A stretch of 64,000 bases of DNA from positions 30,854-94,853 of the forward strand of contig PIVX01000005.1 of assembly GCA_003353785.1 (NCBI GenBank), written 5' to 3'. Shown here piece after piece: positions 1 to 9,942 of this stretch (positions within the stretch are counted from its first letter, which is position 1; every line of letters begins with the position of its first letter). The translations under genes were made by a program, and so were the position numbers. Origin of the DNA: Gammaproteobacteria bacterium (lineage in GTDB: Bacteria > Pseudomonadota > Gammaproteobacteria > PIVX01). The notes below the pieces were generated by a model, which was given only the letters and a program-made list of their open reading frames with translations, had not been told where the DNA came from and did no database searches.

Positions 1-110
1 TGATCCTTGTTATCATTGAGTAAGTAAAATTTTTTTCTATATTCTGTTACAACAATTAAACGGACAAAATTTTTAAAAACACAACTTCTCCCTGTTCTCC
101 ATTGATACAT
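1..110 (-). pseudogene. tnpA: IS200/IS605 TnpA (Y1 transposase) N-terminus, degenerate, runs off window
   Basis: Minus-strand ATG at 110 gives MYQWRTGRSCVFKNFVRLIVVTEYRKKF, matching the TnpA start 'xRxGRxCVFxxxxHLVFVTKYR'. The conserved His is changed to Arg and similarity is lost afterwards. Divergent from a tnpB stub, as in IS605. Confidence 0.75.
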
Positions 111-179
111 ATAAACCTTCTAGTAGAAATATTTCCTACTAAATGTTAATATAAAGTAGTTAAAAAAAGGGGAATGATA

Positions 180-296
180 ATGCTACTGGGAGTAAAATTT
201 AAAGCAAATCCGACCATGGAGCAGAAGAAAATATTAAGTAAATGGGTGGGTTGTGTCAAAACAATATGGAATGCAAAGTGTGAAGATGATCGTTAG
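180..296 (+). pseudogene. tnpB: IS605-family TnpB N-terminal stub (38 aa)
   Basis: ATG at 180 gives MLLGVKFKANPTMEQKKILSKWVGCVKTIWNAKCEDDR*, a typical TnpB N-terminal 'KxxPTxEQxxxLxxWxGCxRxxWN' segment, ending at TAG 294-296. Confidence 0.75.
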
Positions 297-300
297 GATA

Positions 301-1017
301 ATGATGAAGAAAATAATCTATGTTCTATGCCTATTTACTTCAATTTGCTTCGCTTCTACAATTGAAATTGATTACGTCCAAATTAATGGTCCTTTAAGTG
401 ATTATAAATTCTGTGATAACGGAACATCTTGTTGTGATTACTGTTGTTCAGGGATAACATGTATTGGTGGTTGTTATGCTGTAGCATGTTGTGACTGTAG
501 TAATGCAAGCGAATTTTCTAGTATATCTACAAAAGGTGCTGGTTCGAATAAAGTTGGTAGATGTCTTGGATGTTCTAAACAGCATGGTAATTATAAGACT
601 TTAGCAGATGGCAAAACTAAAGTTGAAAAGAGATTAGCACATAGTGTTCGAGAGCAATGTGATGGGGAAAAATATTGTGAGTTTATTTTAAGCCATAAAC
701 CTCATGGTCATCGTAGACCTATCAGTAGAGTATACAAAGTTGAAATTGGCTATTATTGTAAAAGAACCAGTGGGTTACAAGGAACTATGAATATATTTCA
801 TGATACTTTTGATGATTCTGCTGATTATCGAGCGGCAATATCTTGTATTAATAGTGTTGATACGACTCGTGAAGATGTTAAATGCTGTGATCCAACTGCA
901 ACTTTTAAAGCTGGTGTATGTGGAGGAGTGACTTGTGGTATCATTGAGATGATTTTTAATGTTTGTCCAGTAACTAATACATTATCAAGTATTTTAAAAA
1001 AAGTATTTTTAGGATAG
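301..1017 (+). CDS. Secreted cysteine-rich protein with possible SUEL/rhamnose-binding-lectin-like segment
   Basis: The track ORF 253..1017 probably starts at ATG 301 or 304 (signal peptide MKKIIYVLCLFTSICFA). The mature part has 21 Cys. 'SVREQCDGEKYCEF...KVEIGYYC' resembles the SUEL lectin C-terminal pattern. Confidence 0.6.
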   Translation: MMKKIIYVLCLFTSICFASTIEIDYVQINGPLSDYKFCDNGTSCCDYCCSGITCIGGCYAVACCDCSNASEFSSISTKGAGSNKVGRCLGCSKQHGNYKTLADGKTKVEKRLAHSVREQCDGEKYCEFILSHKPHGHRRPISRVYKVEIGYYCKRTSGLQGTMNIFHDTFDDSADYRAAISCINSVDTTREDVKCCDPTATFKAGVCGGVTCGIIEMIFNVCPVTNTLSSILKKVFLG

Positions 1018-1153
1018 TTATAATATTAGTGATCCAAATAAATTCCTATAAGTATCGTAGAAGTTAATAATAGCTTTTCTATTTATATTTTAATTATGTA
1101 AAAGTTAGCATTTAGGCTATAATTTCATCAGTTGTTAGTATACAAAGGCTTTC

Positions 1154-3286
1154 ATGTATAAAAAAATATTACTGATAGTAACAATTTTGGTTTTGATAAG
1201 TGTATTCTTTATTTATGACTTAGCTTATTATTTCAGTTTCTCCTATTTTAAAGAAAAACAGTTATATTTTGTCCAATACTATTTTGAGAGCTCTATATTT
1301 GTAATAGGTATATTCTTTACTATTTATGTACTAGTCTCTGGTTTGTCTTTGCCTGGTGCTGCTGTCATGACAATATTTGCTGGTACTATATTTGGTTTAA
1401 TTCCTGGAATTGTGATTGTATCGTTTGCTAGTACAATAGGGGCGACTTTAGCATTTCTAATCGCTAAATTTATTTTACATGATTATGTACAAAACAAATA
1501 TGCTCACAAATTATCTACTTTAAATGAAGGAATTAAAAAGGAAGGAGCTTATTATTTATTTGCTTTACGGTTAGTGCCAATTATGCCTTTTTTTGTTATA
1601 AATATTTTAATGGGTTTAACTCCAATTGGCACCAGTTCTTTCTTTTTTGTGAGTCAGCTGGGGATGTTACCAGGGACAATTTTATACGTTTTTGTTGGTA
1701 CGGCAATTGCTGACATTAATACTATTAATGATATATTATCTTGGCCAATATTTATGGCATTTACTCTATTAGGCTTATTCCCAATAGTTATTAAAAGAAG
1801 TTTAACTTGGTTTAAGTCTTATAGAAAATTAAGAAAATTTCGTAAACCTAAAAAATTTGATTATAACATTATTGTAATTGGAGGAGGCTCTGCCGGTTTA
1901 GTAGCTGCTTATATGGGTAGTCAGTTGAAGGCTAAAGTTGCTTTAATAGAAAAAGATAAAATGGGTGGCGATTGTTTAAATACTGGTTGTGTGCCAAGTA
2001 AAGCTTTGATCAAAACAGCTAAAATATTGAATTATCAGAACTCTTATAATAAATATGGTTTAAATTTTGTAAAAATTAATATGGATTTCAAATCTATAAT
2101 GCAAAGGATCCAAAATGTGATAAAAAAAGTTGAGCCACATGACTCAGTTTCAAGGTATACAGAGCTTGGTGTTGACTGTATCTATGGTGATGCTGAGGTA
2201 ATTGATCCGTATCGAGTATCAGTAAATAACACAATTATTTCTGCTAGAGCATTAGTGATTGCCACAGGTGCGAGCCCTCTAGTACCACCAATTAAAGGGC
2301 TTGATCAGATTGATTATTTAACTAGTGATAATATTTGGCAACTTGAATATAAGCCACGTAGGATGATTATTTTAGGTGGTGGAGCGATTGGCATAGAATT
2401 AGCTCAGGCGTTTAGTCGACTTGGAATAGAAATTATTGTTATTGAAATGCAGAGTCAAATTTTGATCAGAGAAGATCAAGAAGTATCTGAATATATGTTA
2501 GGAGTTTTAGGGGAGGAAGGTATTAGAATAAAAACTAATCATCTAGCTAAAGAAGTAATTCAAGAAAATGGTAAAAATTTTTTAATCTGTACAAAAGATC
2601 AAGAAGATATTCGAATTGAATTTGATAAAATTTTAGTAGCATTAGGTAGACGTGCTAATGTTGCAGGATTTGGTTTAGAAAAGCTTGCAATAGAACTAAC
2701 TCAATTTAACACTATTCAGGCGAATGAATATTTACAGACAAATTATTCAAATATTTATGTATGTGGAGATGTTACAGGACCTTATCAATTTACTCATACA
2801 GCTGGATATCAAGGAATGCTTTGTAGTTTAAACGCCCTATTTGGCGGTTTTAAACGATTCAAGGTAAATTACAGAGTTATCCCTTGGACGACTTTTACAG
2901 ATCCTGAAATTGCTAGGGTAGGTTTAAATGAACAAGAAGCAGAAGCAAAGAAAATAAAGTATGAGACAACGTTTTATCCCTTAGCTGAGCTTGATAGAGC
3001 CATTGTTGATAGCGCCGATACAGGTTTTATTAAGATAATAACTAAAGAAAAATCAGATCGCATTCTTGGAGTTACAATTGTAGGGGAGGGAGCTGGTGAA
3101 TTAATTGCAGAGTTTGTTTTAGCAATGCAGTATAATTTAGGTTTAAATAAGATACTCCAAACTATTCATGTATATCCAACGATGAATGAGGCGAATAAAG
3201 CAGCTGCTGGATATTGGAGGAAAACTCATACTAATCCAAAAGTCATAACAATACTAGATAGAATATTTACTTGGTATAGAGGCTGA
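1154..3286 (+). CDS. TVP38/DedA(VTT)-domain fused pyridine nucleotide-disulfide oxidoreductase (dihydrolipoamide dehydrogenase/mercuric reductase-like)
   Basis: N-terminal VTT membrane domain (SLPGAA...RLVPIMPFF), FAD motif GGGSAG, redox disulfide GGDCLNTGCVPSK, NAD motif GGGAIG, C-terminal HVYPT. Confidence 0.9.
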   Translation: MYKKILLIVTILVLISVFFIYDLAYYFSFSYFKEKQLYFVQYYFESSIFVIGIFFTIYVLVSGLSLPGAAVMTIFAGTIFGLIPGIVIVSFASTIGATLAFLIAKFILHDYVQNKYAHKLSTLNEGIKKEGAYYLFALRLVPIMPFFVINILMGLTPIGTSSFFFVSQLGMLPGTILYVFVGTAIADINTINDILSWPIFMAFTLLGLFPIVIKRSLTWFKSYRKLRKFRKPKKFDYNIIVIGGGSAGLVAAYMGSQLKAKVALIEKDKMGGDCLNTGCVPSKALIKTAKILNYQNSYNKYGLNFVKINMDFKSIMQRIQNVIKKVEPHDSVSRYTELGVDCIYGDAEVIDPYRVSVNNTIISARALVIATGASPLVPPIKGLDQIDYLTSDNIWQLEYKPRRMIILGGGAIGIELAQAFSRLGIEIIVIEMQSQILIREDQEVSEYMLGVLGEEGIRIKTNHLAKEVIQENGKNFLICTKDQEDIRIEFDKILVALGRRANVAGFGLEKLAIELTQFNTIQANEYLQTNYSNIYVCGDVTGPYQFTHTAGYQGMLCSLNALFGGFKRFKVNYRVIPWTTFTDPEIARVGLNEQEAEAKKIKYETTFYPLAELDRAIVDSADTGFIKIITKEKSDRILGVTIVGEGAGELIAEFVLAMQYNLGLNKILQTIHVYPTMNEANKAAAGYWRKTHTNPKVITILDRIFTWYRG

Positions 3287-3335
3287 TTTTAAGATATGAT
3301 AGCTCGGGGTTGAATTTAGAAATTTAAATATTAAG

Positions 3336-4049
3336 CTAAACTAGATTTTCAAGTCCATATACTAAATGGTCGAGTTCAATTGCTTTCTTACAAGCGAATA
3401 AAATTCCTGGCATGAAACATTCTCTGTCAATGGAATCATGTTGTATGGTTAGTGTTTCACCTGTAGAACCAAAAATAACTCGTTGATGGGCAAGTAACCC
3501 CGGTAATCTAATGGAATGTATTGGTGGGGGAGTGTTACCTTTAAACTGTTCACCTGTTATAGAATTTTTTGCCGTAGTCTGTGTTTGATAAATAGTATCG
3601 GCAGTGTATTTAGAAGTAAATGAAGGGATATCTAGTTTTTGCTCATGATGCAGTTCAATAATTTCAGCTTTACTAAAGTTACTGGCTAAAATCTTTGAGC
3701 ATTTGAGCATAAGCATTGCTCCTAATGAAAAATTTGGAGCAATGATCCCTCCTAAATTAGCTTGCTTACATAAATCTTGTAGTTGTTGTATCTGTGGTTC
3801 AGTTAGCCCAGACGTACCTATAACTGGTCTAACTCCTGCATTAATTATTTCAAGACTATTATCAAATACTGATTGTGGGGTGGTTAAGTCAACGACAACA
3901 TCTGGTAATTGCTCGTGCAAATAAATTTTTAATTGTTCTTTAGAGTTACTTTCTCCAGACAATTCAAAACCATTGGTGTTTTTTAAAGTCTTGGATAGAA
4001 TAGCACCCATTTTCCCTTTAGCACCATTTACTAGTATTTTTATTTTCAT
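3336..4049 (-). CDS. dapB: 4-hydroxy-tetrahydrodipicolinate reductase
   Basis: NGAKGKMG, VIGTSG, APNFSLG, EIIELHHEQKLDIPS, HSIRLPG motifs. Confidence 0.93.
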   Translation of the reverse strand: MKIKILVNGAKGKMGAILSKTLKNTNGFELSGESNSKEQLKIYLHEQLPDVVVDLTTPQSVFDNSLEIINAGVRPVIGTSGLTEPQIQQLQDLCKQANLGGIIAPNFSLGAMLMLKCSKILASNFSKAEIIELHHEQKLDIPSFTSKYTADTIYQTQTTAKNSITGEQFKGNTPPPIHSIRLPGLLAHQRVIFGSTGETLTIQHDSIDRECFMPGILFACKKAIELDHLVYGLENLV

Positions 4050-4169
4050 TGGACGTATGATTTATTTTAAAAGCAGTTACTCCAAAGGCTAACATGGAAT
4101 GTTTAGTCATTCAAGATGATTTTCGTGGATAAAGTTATAGAGCTCCTTACTTTCTATCTTATATAAAGC

Positions 4170-4190
4170 AAAAACCTACCGTAGGGTAGG
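4170..4190 (-). terminator. Rho-independent terminator
   Basis: Perfect stem CCTACC-gtag-GGTAGG (4175-4190) next to an A5 run, which reads as a U-tract on the minus strand. Confidence 0.7.
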
Positions 4191-4324
4191 GTAATTAGAA
4201 GGTAAAGTTTGAGGAGTGGCAGTATTATCAACCATTGTGCAACAGAAGCTAGAAAGAATATGAGGATTTCTTAAGTTCTGTCTGAGTATGTTATGGATAA
4301 GTAACTTATGCTAATGAGTGAATA
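4170..4324 (-). ncRNA. Candidate sRNA between thioesterase and dapB
   Basis: Minus-strand TATAAT at 4331-4336, ~150 nt with no ORF and an anti-SD-like CCACTCCTC, ending at the terminator. Could instead be a 3' UTR. Confidence 0.3.
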
Positions 4325-4339
4325 TTAGGAATTATACAC

Positions 4340-4762
4340 CTAAAGGTGGTTGAGGATAGCGGCGTATAATTCTTGATGGTATACAGGTTTGCCAGTTTTA
4401 CTTGTGATACAAGTACTAATAGTATTTGCTACAGCAGATAAAGTATTTGTTGATGAATTATAAATTTTTTGTTCGAAAGATATTTTCAGTTTACTGCTTA
4501 GCTTAAAAGTTGAAACCACTTTAAATTTGTCAAATTCTTTTAGAGGTTTCTTGAATTCTAATGATGCTTTTACTAAAACCAGATCATATCCTTTTTTGTG
4601 CCATGTATGCCAGTTTATACCTATAGAATTCAAACATAATAGTCTAGCATTATTAAAATAATGCAAATAATTTGCATTGTTAACGATTCCTTGATTATCT
4701 AGTTCATAGCCTCTGACTGAAGACTCCCAAACAAATTCTTTACTGGTATTGCTGTTATTCAC
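4340..4762 (-). CDS. Acyl-CoA thioesterase (YbgC/4HBT hot-dog family)
   Basis: VRGYELDNQGIVNNANYLHYF...AR motif. Confidence 0.88.
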   Translation of the reverse strand: MNNSNTSKEFVWESSVRGYELDNQGIVNNANYLHYFNNARLLCLNSIGINWHTWHKKGYDLVLVKASLEFKKPLKEFDKFKVVSTFKLSSKLKISFEQKIYNSSTNTLSAVANTISTCITSKTGKPVYHQELYAAILNHL

Positions 4763-5933
4763 TGCAAATTGCCTGACAGAATATTTGGACTATTTCCTCA
4801 CTTTGTTCTTCATTTAACCTAGGATCTACTAGAGAAACATCAATTTTTTCATCTAAGTTTGTTTGGCATTCCTTAATTTTAGCTGGAGTAAGTTCTAGAT
4901 GTAAACCAGCAAGAACAGTATTTTGGCTATTATGAATTTTTGCAGTGTCTAGTATTTCTTGTTTAATGTGCCCTAATAATCTGGTTTTTGTACCATGTTT
5001 ATTTGTATTAGTGTTTCCGTGCATAGGATCACATAGCCAGGTAATTTTTTTGTCATTAGCAGATACTGCTTGAATTAATTTAGGTAGATACTTTGTTACT
5101 TTATTATGTCCTAATCTAGTAATTAAATTTATTCTACCAGATATATTATCAGGGTTTAGATAGTTTAATATTTGTATAAGTTTATCTGTATTCATTTTGG
5201 TATTTATCTTGATAGCAATGGGATTGCTGATCCCTCTTAAATATTCTATATGGGCACTATTTATTTTATTGGTTCTAACTCCAACCCAGGGGAAATGAGT
5301 AGACAGATTATAATATTTTTTTTCTGGTGTTGCTCGAGTAAGAGCCTGTTCATAGTAAAGATTGTGAGCTTCATGGCTAGTGAATATATGTGGGATCTCA
5401 AGATTTAGAGTTTTAATTTCTTTTCGAGATAATGTTTTTAATGATTTGTAAATATTTTGTGATTTGTGGTACCCTTTTATAAGTAGATTAGGATCCGGTT
5501 GCCTACTTATTTCATTTAACTTAGATTTATTAATTAGATCTCCTCGATAGCTAAATATTTTATTGTTATTTAAATCATATAAATTTGTTCTTGGTTTAGC
5601 AAATTGACCAGCTATCCTACCAATAGTGATCACAGGCTTGCCTACTGTTAACTGTATTGTGTTGCTGAGCTTATTCAATAAGTTAACAGTATTTATTGAA
5701 TTATCAAGAGAGTTATTAAATTTTTCAGCACAATCTCCTCCTTGAATAATTATTACTTTGCCATTTCCAGCTTCAGTTAGAGCAACTTGTAATTTTTGAA
5801 TATCGATAACATTTACTATACTAGGTTTCTTGTTCAAATACTCAATTGATGATATTAAAGAGTGCTTATTCTTATAATGGATCTCTTGTGTATTAGGCTT
5901 TGTTACCCAAGAATCTAATTGCCAATTATTCAT
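4755..5933 (-). CDS. Class II DAHP synthase
   Basis: QGGDCAE, RIAGQFAKPR, TSHEA, CDPMHGNT, HLELT, DPRLN motifs. Confidence 0.92.
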   Translation of the reverse strand: MNNWQLDSWVTKPNTQEIHYKNKHSLISSIEYLNKKPSIVNVIDIQKLQVALTEAGNGKVIIIQGGDCAEKFNNSLDNSINTVNLLNKLSNTIQLTVGKPVITIGRIAGQFAKPRTNLYDLNNNKIFSYRGDLINKSKLNEISRQPDPNLLIKGYHKSQNIYKSLKTLSRKEIKTLNLEIPHIFTSHEAHNLYYEQALTRATPEKKYYNLSTHFPWVGVRTNKINSAHIEYLRGISNPIAIKINTKMNTDKLIQILNYLNPDNISGRINLITRLGHNKVTKYLPKLIQAVSANDKKITWLCDPMHGNTNTNKHGTKTRLLGHIKQEILDTAKIHNSQNTVLAGLHLELTPAKIKECQTNLDEKIDVSLVDPRLNEEQSEEIVQIFCQAICSE

Positions 5934-5971
5934 ATAATTTAAAATACTTAAAAATGATTATTTTATCCTTT

Positions 5972-7768
5972 TTAAGTTGCTGAGGCTACAGTAATTATTT
6001 CTAGAGGCCAAACTATTGGAAGTAGAGGTAATGTTATAATTAAAATTAATATTTCTAGTGGAAGCCCCAGCCTCATATAGTCAGTGAAATGGTAGCCTCC
6101 TGGACCTAGTACTAGGGTATTATTCTGATGGCTAATTGGTGTTAAGAAAGAACACGATGCTCCTATAGCTACTGCCATTAGAAAAGTATCGGGGTTTAAA
6201 TTTAAACTGTCAGCGATGGTAATTGATATTGGAGCCATAATTACTGTTGTTGCAGCATTATTCATAACATCAGATAAAGTCATAGTTACAATTATTATTA
6301 TTCCTAAGATCAGTATCGGTGGAGCATTACTGGTCATATTTAACATGAAATTAGCAATCATTGCGCTAGTACCAGTTGTTTGAATTGCTAATCCTAGAGG
6401 GATCATTGAACCTAATAAGATAATAATTGGCCATTCAACTGCATCGTACATTTCACGCAAAGTTAATATGTTCATTATTAAAAGAGCTAATACTGCGCAT
6501 GATAAAGCAATTTGAATTTGCATAATATGAGTTGCAGTTAATAGTATAGCTATAATAAATGTTAGAATAGGCAGAAATTTTTTTGAAGTTGCTTTAGGAG
6601 TTACATGTTGACTCAACGGGATTAATCCAAGATTATTTGTTATTTCAATTAAATTTTCGCTATCTCCCTGAATTAAAATTACGTCTCCTGCATGTAGTTT
6701 GTTTTGTTGGATCCTATCTTTAATATATTTTCCCTCTCTGGAAATTCCAAGGATATTTATTTGAAAGCGATTTCTTAGTCGCATACTATTAAAGGATCTT
6801 TTTTCCATTCTAGATCCTAAAGGTACGACGGCTTCTACTATAGATACTGAATCAGATTTAATGATTTCTGTTGGCTGTAAATCTCCTATTATTTCAAAAT
6901 ATTTATTTTGGAGAATTTGTTTTAATTCTTCTGAAGATGTTTCGATTATTAAAATATCTCCTTCATGAACTCGATCATACTTAGTTATATGAAGTCTTTT
7001 CCGGTTATTTCTGATGAAGCCTATGCAGATAATATTTTGTTCAAATTCTATTTCTATATTATTATAATTGCTCCCGATAAGAGAGGAGTCTTTTTTGACT
7101 CTAATTTCTGATAAATAGTCTAAGAGTTGATGTAATGTATTAGGTGAAGAATCTGATTTCCTAATTGGGATTAATCTCCATCCTAAGAAGACAATAAATA
7201 TAATACTTAAGGAAGCTATTACTATACCTAGATAAGTAAAGTCTAACAAATGAAATGGCTCTCCAGTATTTACCATTCTAAATGATGAAATCAATAAATT
7301 TGGAGGGGTTCCAATAGCGGTACACAGGCCTCCTAATACTGATCCGAATGCTAGTGGCATGAGTGTTGTCGATAAAGGAGTATCGTTCTGTCGTGATATT
7401 TGGATTGCTATAGGCATCATCAAAGCTAGAGCTCCAACATTGTTCATAAATGCTGATAATATAGCAGCTATAGATACTAATAAGCCTAAATATATAGTAG
7501 TATTTTTGCTGAATTTTTTTAAAAAAATAACAACTGGCTGTAGAACTCCTGAGTTTGTAATAGTATGAGATATTATCATTATACAAGCTACAGTTATTAC
7601 AGCGGGATTGCTAAATCCAGTAAATGCTTGCTCAGTAGGTATTAGTCTTAGAATAACACAGCTTAATAAAGTTATTATTGCAACGACATCATAACGCCAT
7701 TTATTCCAAATAAATAGGCTAATTGACAAAGTAATTAAGAGTAGTAGGGTAAATTCTGTGATATACAT
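5972..7768 (-). CDS. SLC13/CitMHS-type permease with two TrkA-C domains
   Basis: SAFMNNVGA, GTPPNLL, DVMNNAAT and SCSFLTPISHQNN motifs flanking a central RCK_C region. Confidence 0.9.
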   Translation of the reverse strand: MYITEFTLLLLITLSISLFIWNKWRYDVVAIITLLSCVILRLIPTEQAFTGFSNPAVITVACIMIISHTITNSGVLQPVVIFLKKFSKNTTIYLGLLVSIAAILSAFMNNVGALALMMPIAIQISRQNDTPLSTTLMPLAFGSVLGGLCTAIGTPPNLLISSFRMVNTGEPFHLLDFTYLGIVIASLSIIFIVFLGWRLIPIRKSDSSPNTLHQLLDYLSEIRVKKDSSLIGSNYNNIEIEFEQNIICIGFIRNNRKRLHITKYDRVHEGDILIIETSSEELKQILQNKYFEIIGDLQPTEIIKSDSVSIVEAVVPLGSRMEKRSFNSMRLRNRFQINILGISREGKYIKDRIQQNKLHAGDVILIQGDSENLIEITNNLGLIPLSQHVTPKATSKKFLPILTFIIAILLTATHIMQIQIALSCAVLALLIMNILTLREMYDAVEWPIIILLGSMIPLGLAIQTTGTSAMIANFMLNMTSNAPPILILGIIIIVTMTLSDVMNNAATTVIMAPISITIADSLNLNPDTFLMAVAIGASCSFLTPISHQNNTLVLGPGGYHFTDYMRLGLPLEILILIITLPLLPIVWPLEIITVASAT

Positions 7769-7775
7769 TTAGAAG

Positions 7776-8060
7776 TTATTTATTTTTAAATTTACAAATT
7801 ATAAAATTATAAATTGTGGCTAAAATAAATCCTCCTATAAAAGCATCCGCAAAGCCGATAATGAACCCTATTATGCTACCTAGGAAAGTTGGTTTAAATC
7901 CTATATACACTTTACCAATAAAATCAATGAGATCTAGCCATATCTGATAATTCCATCCGAGAAGCCCAAGTATGAAGATCCCTAATCCCCAGGTTACTCC
8001 AAGTGCTATAGCTAGTGCTAATGTATTCAACTTTTGATAGTTCATCTTAAAATCATGCAA
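7776..8060 (-). CDS. Small two-TM membrane protein (family often labelled 'bacteriophage holin')
   Basis: ALGVTWG...YIGFKPTFLGSIIG...DAFIGGFILATIYN pattern. No phage context. Confidence 0.6.
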   Translation of the reverse strand: MHDFKMNYQKLNTLALAIALGVTWGLGIFILGLLGWNYQIWLDLIDFIGKVYIGFKPTFLGSIIGFIIGFADAFIGGFILATIYNFIICKFKNK

Positions 8061-8153
8061 TTAATATTATGATTATAGTATAGATGCCAGATGAAGAATT
8101 TTAAAAAATTGAGTTAGAAGTTAATAAAGAATATAAAAATTTAGTAAATTAAC

Positions 8154-8675
8154 TTAATAATCTGTTGCAATTTGCTCATATACAAACTTATTTTGACAGA
8201 TAGCTAAACATTCGTTCACAGTCATTTTATTGGGTAATATTATATTAGGAATTAAATCTGCTATAGGTAGTAATACAAAATCCCTATTTAATATTTCTGG
8301 ATGTGGAATTTGCAATTTATCGTCATTGATAATTCTATTATCAATGTATATTAGGATATCTATATCAATATTTCTTGGTCCCCAATGAATTTTGCTGTAC
8401 TTATTTTGCTCTTTTGCTATATTATTCATTGCTGCTAGTAAATTGTGTGGTGATAGCTGTGTATCTATTAAGATTGCACTATTTGTGTAATCAGGTTGTT
8501 TAACAGAACCGTGAGGTTTGCTTAAATAAAGCTTGGATTTAGCAATTATCTCGATTGCTTTTTCTTCATTAATTTTCTTTATGGAGAGTTTGATCTGTTC
8601 AAAAGGATTATCTAGATTGCTACCAAGACCAAGGATACATCTAGAATAAACTTGATGTTTATTTATGTAATTCAT
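8154..8675 (-). CDS. folK: HPPK (2-amino-4-hydroxy-6-hydroxymethyldihydropteridine diphosphokinase)
   Basis: LGLGSNL, WGPRNIDIDIL, IPHPEILNRDFVL. Directly downstream of pcnB. Confidence 0.93.
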   Translation of the reverse strand: MNYINKHQVYSRCILGLGSNLDNPFEQIKLSIKKINEEKAIEIIAKSKLYLSKPHGSVKQPDYTNSAILIDTQLSPHNLLAAMNNIAKEQNKYSKIHWGPRNIDIDILIYIDNRIINDDKLQIPHPEILNRDFVLLPIADLIPNIILPNKMTVNECLAICQNKFVYEQIATDY

Positions 8676-9942
8676 CTAACATCTCTAGCTGTGTTGGTTC
8701 ATCTGCCTCTTGAAATTTAGTCCACCAATCTGCAATGTTTTGTTCTATTTCTCCTGATTCAGCACGAATTAATAGGAAATCATAAGCGGCTCTAAATCTT
8801 GGGTGATGCAATAAAGATAAAGGTGATTTACCTCTTCTTCTTTCTAGCCTGTTTTGCAAGGTAAATATTTCTTTAATAGATCTGATGAATCTTTTTGAGA
8901 TAGATATGGTTTCTATTTGTTTAGCAATTATACTGCGGATAGACGAGTCTATTTTTTTTGTTATTGATATTTGTTCGGTATCTGGTTTATTAACTTCGCT
9001 CTGTAGTACTGGCCAGAGTATAGCTACAAATAAAAAAGCAGGTGTTACAGGTTTATTTGCTTTAATTCTTTTATCGGTACTTCTAAATGTGTATAACAAG
9101 ATTCTTTCCTGTATGGGATGATGGTTGATAACTTGCTGAGTTGAAGGAAATAATATCTTAAAAAATCCGTATGTATTTAGTAATACATATATTTTTTCAG
9201 CACAACCACAGTGGAATAATTTTATTACTTCATCGAATAGTCTAACAGTTGATACATGGGTTATAAGGTGTTTATTATGATGGATCCCTTGTGAGGTCAT
9301 TTTCTCAATAGAAAATTCAAGTTTTGCAGAAAAACGAATAGCTCTAATCATTCTGACGGGATCTTCTCTATACCGAATGTCTGGAACTCCTATGATTCTT
9401 AGCAGTTTCTTTTGAATGTCAGCAAATCCTCCAGTAAAATCAATTAAATTGTTTCTGACTGCATCATAATAAAGCGAATTAATGCTGAAATCTCTTCTCC
9501 AAGCATCTTCTTCAATGTTGCCATAAATATTATCTCTGACAATCATACCATGATTATTTTTTTTATGATGTTTCCCTTGGTATTGTCCTTCACTTCTGAA
9601 AGTAGCAACTTCTATAATTGATCTATTAAATAATAGATGGGCTAATCTAAAACGTTTACCAATTAATCTACAGTTCCTGAATAATTTATATATTTTCTCT
9701 GGTGTAGCATCGGTAGCTATATCAATATCTTTTGGGGAAATACGCAGCAGTAAATCACGAACACTACCTCCTACAAGATATGCTTGATATTTTGAACGAT
9801 GAAATTTTTCTAATGTGTTAATAGCATTTTGTGGAATATTATCTACTAAGATTTGATAATCTTGTTTATTAACAATAGGAAGCTTTATTTGCATAGCTTG
9901 CTTTTTATTAATAATTTTTCTAATAAATTTTTTTATGGGCAT
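8659..9942 (-). CDS. pcnB: Poly(A) polymerase I
   Basis: LVGGSVRDLLL..PKDIDIAT, LIGKRFRLAH, RRDFSIN, EDPVRMIRA, HPRFRAAYDFL. Confidence 0.95.
   Translation of the reverse strand: MPIKKFIRKIINKKQAMQIKLPIVNKQDYQILVDNIPQNAINTLEKFHRSKYQAYLVGGSVRDLLLRISPKDIDIATDATPEKIYKLFRNCRLIGKRFRLAHLLFNRSIIEVATFRSEGQYQGKHHKKNNHGMIVRDNIYGNIEEDAWRRDFSINSLYYDAVRNNLIDFTGGFADIQKKLLRIIGVPDIRYREDPVRMIRAIRFSAKLEFSIEKMTSQGIHHNKHLITHVSTVRLFDEVIKLFHCGCAEKIYVLLNTYGFFKILFPSTQQVINHHPIQERILLYTFRSTDKRIKANKPVTPAFLFVAILWPVLQSEVNKPDTEQISITKKIDSSIRSIIAKQIETISISKRFIRSIKEIFTLQNRLERRRGKSPLSLLHHPRFRAAYDFLLIRAESGEIEQNIADWWTKFQEADEPTQLEMLDELHK

Noticed and set aside
253-300. N-terminal extension of the Cys-rich ORF
   Set aside because: It overlaps the tnpB stub in another frame, and the signal peptide begins at 301/304.
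7776-8060. Holin as a prophage marker
   Set aside because: No endolysin or other phage gene nearby. It sits at the end of the pcnB-folK run.
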